64,000 bases of DNA from Yuukianura sp. NJ FZ-2021 (Eukaryota), in assembly GCA_046563655.1 (NCBI GenBank), contig CM102285.1, forward strand, positions 13,826,001 to 13,890,000. The letters run 5' to 3'. Position 1 is the stretch's first letter. Each line of letters starts with the position of its first letter. A model generated the notes under the pieces. The model saw only the letters and a list, made by a program, of their open reading frames with translations, ran no database searches and was not told where the DNA came from. This document shows, piece after piece, positions 1 to 9,914 of this stretch. The position numbers were made by a program, and so were the translations under genes.

Positions 1-28
1 ATCCAATTTTTAAAAAATCCAAACTTAC

Positions 29-3000
29 GGCAATCGACTTTCTCATCCTCCGCCCCCACACAATCAGCGTGCCAATCGCATACCCACCGTCTAAAACAGC
101 AAATCGATTAATCAGTATCGCTAAACTAAAGGTCAACAAAGGTCAAATATCTCCAATTATGACTATGAGTATGACTCCAGCTCTTCCAGAAGAGGAAATG
201 TTCACTACCGAGATCAGCTGGTTTTTGTGATTGTTTACATTTTGAATATTTCAAACTTCGCGGCAAAAAAAATTCAAAAACTCCCTCTTCCAGGATTCGG
301 CCAATCAAATCGCTGGGAAAGGACGCTCCATTGTGCCAATTTTAAACTTGCTTTCACTCTCGCGCCGACTTTCACTTTCACTATTTTTTCAGTTTTTCCG
401 TGAAAGTTGCTCGAAAGAAAAGAAAACGTTCGAACTATTTCGTAATCTTAATAAAACCTGAACAAATTGGCTTAATTGACTTACTTTGGAATACATTTCT
501 CTCCTGTTTTGAGACCATTCGGTCCTGGGCATTTGAACTGATCTGATGAGCAGGTTATAGTTTCTGGAAATTCAAAATTAAAATAAGTTTTCATAAAAAC
601 GAAATTCATTTTTTCGCGTAATTTCGAAATTGCATGAACTCTCCATGGTGAACCATCTCCGGTCAAAACCTACCTTCAGAGAATACTTGAAGCTAAAAAA
701 AAACAGTTTTGCACAAACAAATAAAAACTTCACACAATGGGAAGTTTTGAAAGACCATAAAAACAAGCGGGAGGGAACGATGGGCTAAAAGTGTAAACCA
801 AATTAGCAAATCCGCAAGAACCATCCATAGAATAAGCAGAAAGCAAAGCATAATAACCTCAACCATCTCGCTCAAAAGACTTGTTTTGAAGTTTATCATG
901 CACTTATATCCATCTTGTATTTTTTATGAGATCCCAAACAATGGGAAATCATTTTGAACTTTATGCCTCCTTCTGCGGCATCTCAAAACTTAAATTGAAA
1001 ACTTCAAAAATGAATTTCGCAACTTCAGCTTACACTTAAAACCTAAGCATAAGCTTAAATTTTAGCAGTTGGCTCTTAACTTTCTAACTCCACGCATGTC
1101 TCCCAAAGGCGACAGACGACATGTCCATGTCACCATCACATCAATCATTAGTGACATGATCAAAAAGTTGACAATTTCTGCTCAAACTCATTGCTCATAA
1201 CTTATCGATGACGATTCTAATCACATTCATAAATGATAAATATAGTAATTATTATGCAAAAATAACAAAGAGAAAATGTTTGTCATTTAGCACTAGACTT
1301 AATGTTTTCTTAGAATTATGCAAGACGCAAAAGTCTCATCTTTCTCGATGTTTGCTGACATCACAAATAACATTGCCAAAACATCTTCACTTTTTACAAA
1401 TGTAATTTTGCACACTCTGTCACTCTTTTAGCATGTCTTTTTAGTACCACAGGCACATACTAAACCACAAAACAAAAGGCATTCAATTCTGCACAGCCAT
1501 AATTATATACACGCATTGTTTGACGGCTCTAACGATCCTTAACTTTCATCTCCAGTGACGCAATCTCTAAACCAATCAGATTGCTTCCGATTAATCAAAA
1601 ACTGACCAATCAGAGAGCAGCAATTTGAAAACCCTGCAAAATTAACTATTTTGTTTGGCTTACATTTGCTAAATGTGAATTTAGGTTAACTCTGAGACTA
1701 AAAATTTGCAAAGTTGCAGTTTTTGTGCATGTTGAGGAGGATATGCTGATTGTTGAAAAGTGTTGTGTGTGACTGCAGTTTTTCTTTTGTTAAAGTAGGA
1801 AGGAAGAAGCAGAGAAAGAATTGTTATTAAACTAACTGTGATCAGTAAGGGATTTAAGTAGGTTAGGAAGACATACACATACTATAACTTACAACTTACA
1901 TGTAAAAGTACTGCAAAAGTACAAGGAAAAGCAAAGTATACTTTTACATTTGCTACTACTTCCCACGAGCACTTTGGAGGCTTTCTCGTCTTTAGTTACT
2001 CCCTCCTGGCAGTATAAATGTAAAAACTACTTTACTTTTTATACAAATGAAGACATTTGACATACAATTTGCATTTGATGTTCAATTTGTACCGTCTTTT
2101 AAATGCAATTTCAAATGTTTCAATTTCAGACGTGTTTTTGATCCCTAATTTGAAATTTTCCCAATTTTTGATTTCTTTTCAATTTTAGCTTTCTAAACAA
2201 AAATGGAAAAGAAATCAAAAATTGGGAAAATTCGAATCTAGAGACTTTCACTTTTCGATTTTCTTTGTTTGTGTGTGTTTTTTTTTCGTAAAATTTTGAA
2301 TGTACAAGTTGTTCTAAAGTCAATGCTCCTGAAAAATAGTAGAATGGTTAGTTCCTACTTGGAAGTAAGTTTTTTGTGAGAGTTTTGTACAATAGAACGG
2401 AAGTTGAAAACAAGCTAAACTTCTACCGTTGCATTTTGTTTTGAAAAGTTGGTTAAAACATAGTGGAAATGGAAAATAAACTCCACCCTTTCATTCTTTT
2501 TCAGTCCAATTTAATTTCTGTTAAGTTTACAAAGTCACGCGCAATTCACTCAATTTTGTTTCTATTCCATGATGCTCGGAAAACATCAAGAACGACGCCG
2601 GCTTAACCGTTCAACCATTTCAAAAAAAAAAGCAGCAACTAAAAAGTTTTGAATTTTGAAACTAATTGTTCAATAGAAACTGGAATTCATAGAAATTTGA
2701 GATCACTGCTCCAGAAAAATAAAAAATGATTGGGTCTTCAAATTGAAAAACAAAACGCAAACTGGTTTATGAATCACAAGAAGAATTGTTTTTCAAAACT
2801 TCGTTTTTGAAATCGCAAGGCAGTTCGGAAAATTTACCATATCTGAAATTTTGAACTAATTTCGTAACCAAAATTTTGAAATTATTTCGACTGGCGCCGA
2901 ACTTCTTTTTGAAACTTTTAAAAAAAAATATTTACCAACCAATATCTTGAAATTTTTTAAACTGGCGTTGTAATTATACATTGCGGACGAACGTATTTTT

Positions 3001-4149
3001 TTTAAGTGAAAGTGCCACAAAAAGGTGATTTGACACTTTCAAAATTTTGATTGTTTTAAAAATGTCAATGCCGACTTTGATGAAATCGATGACACATTTC
3101 ATGCCAGTTTTAAACAGAAAAGGTCACATGCCTAAAACTTTCCCAAACAAAAGCTAAGCCAAGCCAATGCTTAACTGCATGTCTCACCACTAAATCATAA
3201 AAATTAGCATGAAATGCCATTTGAATAGCTAATTCTAAAAACTTGTTCTAAGAAAACCGTTGTTCTAACTGATTGATTATCCATTGTTAAGTTTATGGAA
3301 GTAGAATCACAATTTATGTTAGTCATTTCATCCAGACACAATCGTTTCTTGGAAAATTTTCACCAATTATTGCACAATTTTCAACTTTCAAATTCGAGAA
3401 AATATTGCTGGCCAAAACGATTTTTTCAAAAGCTTACGAAACACCGAACTTCCAAAAACTCAAATTTTGTCGTTTGAGCTTCTTCTAGTAAAAATTCAAC
3501 TTTTTATGTTAGAAATTGAAGCTGATTGAGCTGCAATTTAAAATTTTAAAGTATTTAAGCACCGACATGAAAAGGAAGACCAGGAAGGCATGAGTTGAAA
3601 TTAATGAAATTGCAGCGTGAATTAAGCGATTGAATGAAGCGATTCAAGCGTAGCGACACGCTGTCTTTGAAAAGAGTCAGTCACCAAAGTGTGCTTTTAG
3701 TTGATTCAATTGTTTCAAATTGAAAGAGGAACCGGATGAACACGTCAAAATCCAATTGTCACCTTTTACGTCCAAACAATACCCAAAACCGGAACTCTTT
3801 TTTTCAAATGTGGAAGTTCACTCTAGTTTGGATTGTCAATCACTCACCTGTAACTGAAACAAAAAAAAATGATTTTCAAAATTAAAACTATATTTAAATT
3901 TTAACAATTCTATTTAAATTTTTATAATTCTATTTAAAAAATACAAACGCGAGGTGATTTCTCAAAAATTTTATTGAATTGGTACAACCAACCTGTTGAT
4001 TCTGCAGCGATTTCTGTTGACGTAAAAACATAAATAAAAGTGAACAGGGTCAAAGTTAGAGCAAAGCACCAATCAAAGGTCACGAGGTCACGCTGTCGTC
4101 TTCTCGTTTTTCGTCCCTTTCGGTCACTACCCGCCCTGTCCGAACCCAT
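29..4149 (-). CDS. LDL-receptor class A repeat protein, 5' part only (continues off the left edge of the window)
   Basis: Exons 563-485 and 90-29 splice (GT-AG, phases consistent) to [47 protein letters not shown], a six-Cys LDLa module with an acidic C-terminal cluster. The probable first coding exon 4149-3993 (MGSDRAG...WCFALTLTLFTFIYVFTSTEIAAEST) has a signal-like hydrophobic stretch and a matching phase-1 donor. A possible 6-nt microexon lies at 3853-3848. The LDLa exons are secure; their link to the first exon is inferred. Confidence 0.75.
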
Positions 4150-5922
4150 TTTCGGACAGTTCTTCCTACTTTTCACCAATCAGCAGTTTCGGTCACTTTT
4201 AAATTAACTTTAACTTCACTTTACACCAACATTTTTTAGTTTCCAATCCTAAACTGTGTCACTGCCGCCGTGCCGGTACACACCGTGCTTTCGCGGTAAC
4301 ACTGTTCGTTGACCTTTGTGTTTCAAGGTTGTTGACCTTTAGTTTTAGCGTAGTTGACCTCAAGGTTAACACTGCTGCTTTGGCGCAGACTCCGCCGTGT
4401 CACGACTGTTCTGAATTAAAGGCGTAGATACTAAACGGTTGAGGAGGAAGAAAAAGAAGAAACCGTGGATGAAACCGTGATTTTGCACAGTGCAACTGGT
4501 TGAGTGCTACAATGCTATTGCGACTCCCTGTGTAAGTGTAAGTTGACAGGTGAGTTCTGGTGAGTTCTAGCTCTCTCTGTACCAGGTACGGTAAGAACAC
4601 CCACTTTCATCCCCCTTCCCCTGAAAAAACTTCATCCCCCATGTAAAATCCAATCAACAACCTCACCTGTACTGTGCAAAAACATGACAATGCTGTTAGA
4701 AGGACTTGAGATACAACCCCCGCTATAACAGAGTCCACTTCCAAACGATTCCTACGTATGTAGCTGCAGGAACAATGAAGCTGTGGACTTTCTTCTCACA
4801 AAAATCATCACGACTTCCCCACAGGTCATAAACTTTGACTTCTAAATTTAGGCATTCAAAAACCCAAATATACAGCTTCGGAGAAACAAAAACAAAAACC
4901 GCAATTCTCGGAAATACTACAACTTACAACTGCATTTCGAAAATTGATTCGAAAATTTTGAAAATTTACTTTATCCTAACATAAAATTTCATAAACTTTG
5001 TGTAAAATTTATATTTTTGATTATGTAGAGCACTTTTTGCATTCTACGCTTTACGATGACTAGCTTTAAGATGACTACATTGAAAAGTAGTAGAAAAGTT
5101 CAATAGAATGTTGAATTTCATTAGCGAATTTTTTGCATGTTGCAAAAAGAAGTTTGAATTTCAAAAAAAAAAATTGGGAATCCAGTGATTACTGGACGAA
5201 ATCAGAAGTTGTTTGCGATTTGGACGTCCAGTTGAGTTGCAGTGAAGGCCGAACAAGGCGACGACGTGAACTGAATATTTTAGCATCTTCAGTTTAGCTT
5301 GAACTTAAAAAAAGTAAAGTTAAATCTGAACAATACATAGTTTTTTGCAACATGTTGGAAAGTTATGTCTGAAAAATGTTCTGGATGTGATGTGTATGTA
5401 CTAAAAATTGCAAAGTTATAGCATTTTTATAGTTATAGACTATAAGTTTCAAGTTAGGCTTCATTTCCAATTCGCAAATAAATCCTGTCAAGCAAGATCT
5501 TGCAGGGATAAATGCTGATCAATTGGCAAAGTGACGTCGGGTGACTTTGAAGATGCCTCAAGCTTGGGTCACAACTTTGCTGTTTTACTCTTACACATGC
5601 AAAATCAATGCCAAAATGAAATTCATAACAAGACTTTTGCAAAAGCGTCGCTTGTTTATGTAAGGTTGGTTGAATTTGAATTTCAAAACATCAAAAATGG
5701 CAAAGGTTGGAGACAAAGTTTGTCGAGGTCGTCAAAATATTGCAAAATTTAACCGCCATAAACAGGAAAATAAAAATATGACTCAGGAAAAACTGTTGCT
5801 GGAAGATTTTGGAGAGGGGTTTCTACTTTATGGCGTTGAAATTAGCTTTTTCCAATGGTAAATTGAAATTCTCAAATCTTTTGTGTTCAGAGGTCAAAGG
5901 TCAGCTTGAATTTTTAAATTGT

Positions 5923-7681
5923 TCATTGAAAGTAGTACTGGAGAAAGCTGTAGTTAAAAACATGGAAGTCCATTTCAAATTTTTTGTACAGCAGCACCAT
6001 CTAGTGTTTCAAAAAATCAAAAATGAGCAGTTTTTTAGTTTTCAGTTTTACCGCGATTGCTAAAATTCAGGAAATGCACTGACCTTTGACCTGGAAATGT
6101 TTCTGTAGTAGCCTGAAATCCATGAATCATTGACCTTGACCTTTGACCTCAAGTCAGCTCTATTTTCACAAGGAAGGGTAATGTGATCACCGAATCCAAG
6201 TGCTTCCATTAATCGCTGCGCTTCTCTAGTTCCAGCGTTCTGTAGCGATTCTGTTTTGATGACAAAGTTGTAACGGACGTGACACAGGCCACAGAGAAGG
6301 GAAACGGGTTGCCAGTGCTCATCGTATTCAATGGGCTACGAAAGAACAAGCAGACTTTCAAAATTTTGATCAAAATCTTTGCAGAACATGAAAGGTCAAA
6401 GGTCAAAAATAAAAATAAAAGTTGTGATCTTGAGATTTGATGTTGGAATTTACATCTCTATCGAGTAGAAAGTCAATGAACTCGGGAAAAGTTGGCTCCA
6501 ACTGTTTCAAGCGTCTATTCTTCCTGTACTGACGAATGATCAATGCACCGTAGTGTCTAGAAATTAAAAGGTCAAAGGTCAATGTTAAAACCAGGACAAC
6601 AATTAGTGGATAACTTTTCAGAGAATGGAAACTGTGGAGTTTTGTATTGAAAATATTTCTAACGGTGGAAAAACAAACCAAATTATTCAATCCATCAATT
6701 GAAACATTTTCTATTAGAAATCAAAAAGTTTAATTTTTTTTTTGAAACTTACTGATAGAAATACTGTCCATCGAAATGTGCTTTTCTGTTTTGCAGTTTG
6801 TCGCGGAACGCACTGGCAATTCTGGCAAACGGATGTCGCACGAGCAGAATTTTTTTAATGTCTTCGTTCCTTACAGCGTCAATGTATTGCTGCACTTTTT
6901 AAATACAACATTTCAAAATCATGCTTCAAATTTTCAATACCCAAAAAAGTTTTAAGGTTAAAATTTTTCAAAATTACCATTTTGTTAACATGTCCAAACT
7001 TCTCTTTGAACACAACTTGAAGCGGCTTTGTTGTCGAATTTGAAAAATTTGCCAAAATGCTGCCAGTAGTGTTGCTTAAGTTTGCATCATTTTTCGCTAC
7101 TTTTTCCATTAAAATTCTGCTCCAGGAAGTACTGGCAGCCTAAAACAGTAGTTTTAAAACAGCAATTCACTTTAAAACAAAACAGAAAACACAAACAAAT
7201 ATACTTTTGGTAAAGTTAGCTTAACTCTATTTAACTCTAAAGCTGAAAGCTGAGAATTGTGGCTTAACTTTAAGTTTCAATAACTTTAATTTAACTTTAA
7301 TTTTAAACTAACCTTTGGCACTAAACACCACATTTGACTTAAAGTTGGAAAGTAAATGAGCGTATCCCGCACTAACTTTGCTCGCTTGGCTCTGCTAAGC
7401 GTCGACTCACTTTCTGGATTCGTTTCAGCGTACATGCGCTCATCCAAGTTACGACAATATTTGTCAACAGTCAGCGCTGCACTCTCCATTTCTGCAGCGA
7501 TTCCAGCATTTCCAGCGTCTTCTACTGCTCGTGACCTCTCCACCTCACGTGACCTTTCGTACATCAGTAACTGAACAGTAAACAACAAAAACCAAAACAC
7601 AGACAAGCTTAACGTAATGAACAGAATCGTTTTTTGTACACTTCTGTTCAAAAAGTGTTTGAAAGCTACGTTCAGGAACAT
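5923..7681 (-). CDS. Golgi carbohydrate sulfotransferase (Sulfotransfer_2; CHST8-14/HNK-1ST family, CHST11-like)
   Basis: Six exons (7681-7313, 7139-6978, 6889-6753, 6556-6454, 6335-6084, 6000-5923) give an N-terminal type II TM helix and these family motifs: 5'-PSB WCLVPKAASTSW, 3'-PB VRHPFARIASAFRDK, PTFPEFIDFLL, DEHWQPVSLLCGLCHVRYNFVIKTE and C-terminal LYKKFEMDFHVFNYS. Confidence 0.92.
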
Positions 7682-7860
7682 TTTTATGCAGCAAACACAA
7701 AACAACTAATTTTACCACCTCTATCACTGCACAACTTGAAAGGGTTTTTTGCAAGTGGCAGTGAACTTTGGTATGTCAAAAAAGTGCTAATTTTATGAGC
7801 AAAGAATTTGCAATGCAATGAGAAGACCAAAAAATTTCAGAATTTGTCTTCGCCTAGCTT

Positions 7861-7874
7861 GTTTCTATGCCAAC
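7861..7874. promoter_or_regulatory. Candidate RFX X-box upstream of the CFAP95-like gene
   Basis: GTTTCT-AT-GCCAAC is one mismatch from the GTHNYY-AT-RRNAAC consensus. It lies about 225 bp upstream of a ciliary gene's ATG in a 416-bp divergent promoter. Confidence 0.4.
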
Positions 7875-8097
7875 TAGGAACTGCACTGCAAAATTTTGTT
7901 GAAAACGTCACAACTTTGGAAAAAACGTTTTGTTTTTGGCACTGAAATGAAAAAGACGAAAAACTGGCCAGAAACGTTGCGGCTAAAGTTTGCAACAGTA
8001 GTGGACGCTGACCTTTGACCTGACTCAAGAAGTTGGTTCATAAACTATTGAAAGTTAATAACTATTTGAAAGTTTTAAGTGTTTAATTAATTAAACC

Positions 8098-9609
8098 ATG
8101 AGCAATCCGGATGAGATTTTGGGACGCCCTTCGAACCGTTCTGCCGATCTTCTCTATACCGGAGTTCTGCGGTCCGATTTTCTGCCGTATGGAACCCGCA
8201 CACTTCGCGGCGGAATCCGAACCTACTCTCCGTGTGTGCTGGATCAACGTCCATGGTAAGCTAAAGTCATCAAGATCGAAAAAAGTACCGTGATACAGTA
8301 AAAGTACCGGTTTGATGATCCGGATTTCTCTCCAGGCTCGACTTTTACTTGACACTTCCAAAGGACTATGACATCAGAAATGATCCGGTTTTCAACTGCC
8401 ATCGTTCGACCTACCGGAGACTTATGGACGTCGGAGCTCCTGTTCCGGAACCAACTACTGCGGTAAGTTGCAAACGTTTTTCAAAAAATTTTGAGAATTT
8501 TCTGTTTTGTTCAAAATTTCGAAACATATTCAAACTGTAGGAAATGCTGCGAACAGGATTTTGTGGCCCCGATCCGTCAGCCATCGTGCATCCAGCGTTC
8601 CTCCGATACCGAGACAATGACAAACGACCCGAACCTGCTTTCCGGCTTCACTTGAGCGATCGAACGGCACTGCATCACATGTAAAAATCTACTCCCTAAA
8701 CATAAATTATGAAATAAAATATTAATAAATTTTAAAAATTACTATAAAATTGAAATTATACTGAACAAAAAGGTTCCTTTCTTGCATTTTACAGGAGAGC
8801 CGATCCGCTAGAGGGCGTCATTCAGTTCGGCCGAACCGGAGACATGAACAAAGCCCGATCCGTGACACATCGAGACTACAAATGTCGAACTTGCTGTCCA
8901 GCGGTAACAACTTCTAAAATAACAAAAGGTCACAAAGTCAAGGTCACATAAAATACCGTTTCTCCGTTGTACCGTTTCAGAATCCGCCGAGACATGACAC
9001 GATGGATCGAAAAGTTCATCGGTTCGCCAAAACCGACATCCATGGTCGCTTTGTCGACCAAGTTGTGAAGTTTGATGACGACTTCACTGATTGCTATTTT
9101 GACCAAAAACTGATGAAGTTGAAAAAGGCCTGGCATTGGCCAATTAATCCCATCACTGGAGAAGCTCTCGGTGGCCATCTTCTGTACCACGCTGACGATC
9201 CTTGTACTCTCAGCCGAAGTGAAATCTGGCCCTGCGTAAGTTCAAAATAATCAATTAGGTTAGTTAATCTAACAAAAGCTAACAACTTTTTACTTACTTT
9301 TGTTAGGGTGAAAAGGACATTACTTCCTGCGAGAGAGTTTGTATTCCAGAAGATCGCTGTACCACACTAGCTCACATGCCCAAAAACAAAATGCGCACGC
9401 GTGAGCGACACTTTCACCAAAAGTCGTACTTGGACATGCGCTACCCGATTCGAAACTACGAATGCTGGGAGGAAGTTCCAGCATGCTGCGGAGAGAAACA
9501 TGCTGACTTTCCAGCCGAGTCTGAATTTGTCCAAGTACAAGCAGACTTTCCTTGTCCACAAGGTCAAGCACCTTGTCCACCAAAACCACCGTGCAACACA
9601 ACCTACTAA
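8098..9609 (+). CDS. CFAP95: CFAP95 (C9orf135)-like ciliary/flagellar microtubule inner protein
   Basis: Six exons (8098-8255, 8336-8462, 8541-8680, 8795-8903, 8981-9235, 9307-9609) splice in frame. Motifs GTRTLRGGIRTYSPCVL, LPKDYDI, CHRSTYRRL, SVTHRDY, RKVHRFAKTD and WPINPI occur in the same order as my recollection of CFAP95 (GSLTLRS..KYSKPVL, PKGYDI, CNSTYRRL, TTYSEDY, RKCRSQFTD, GPIVPI). AATAAA at 9698-9703. Confidence 0.7.
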
Positions 9610-9914
9610 TGTCAAAAAATAACAAAAAACTTGAAAAAATCACTGAAAAAGTTTCAGGATTGTCCAATTTTTCTATTAACTCCCACATTTCCAATTAAAT
9701 AAACACATTTTTACAATTTGACGATTAATCCACATCAGCAATTAATCGATTAATCAGTCAGTAATTGAAGTTGAGACATTTGGTTGTAAACTACTTATCA
9801 GAGAAAAGTCCAGGAAACCCGAGAAGACACGATGACGATGGACAAGAGTGGATCCAATTTTGATGTTATACTGGATACTGGATACTGGCACATGATACTG
9901 TCAATACTGCCAAG

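Larger units (their letters stand above)
5891..8021. promoter_or_regulatory. Cluster of perfect DR1 (AGGTCA-A-AGGTCA) nuclear-receptor response elements
   Basis: The exact 13-mer occurs at 5891-5903 (+), 6080-6092 (-), 6137-6149 (-, with an extra abutting half-site at 6131-6136), 6393-6405 (+), 6569-6581 (+) and 8009-8021 (-). The motif is read directly; function is inferred. Confidence 0.55.

Noticed and set aside
674..692. 19-nt exon-like segment (tttttag|CTTCAAGTATTCTCTGAAG|gtagg) upstream of the LDLa exon
   Set aside because: In the phase required by the upstream exons it introduces a TGA. It could be a poison exon or follow an unseen phase-0 exon, but nothing supports that.
693..899. 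Hydrophobic 68-aa ORF that looks like a signal peptide
   Set aside because: No suitable donor links it in frame to the LDLa exon, and T-rich sequence readily gives hydrophobic ORFs.
5177..5861. Several short ORFs between the LDLa and sulfotransferase genes
   Set aside because: No recognisable motifs and no coherent splice chain; probably UTR or promoter sequence.
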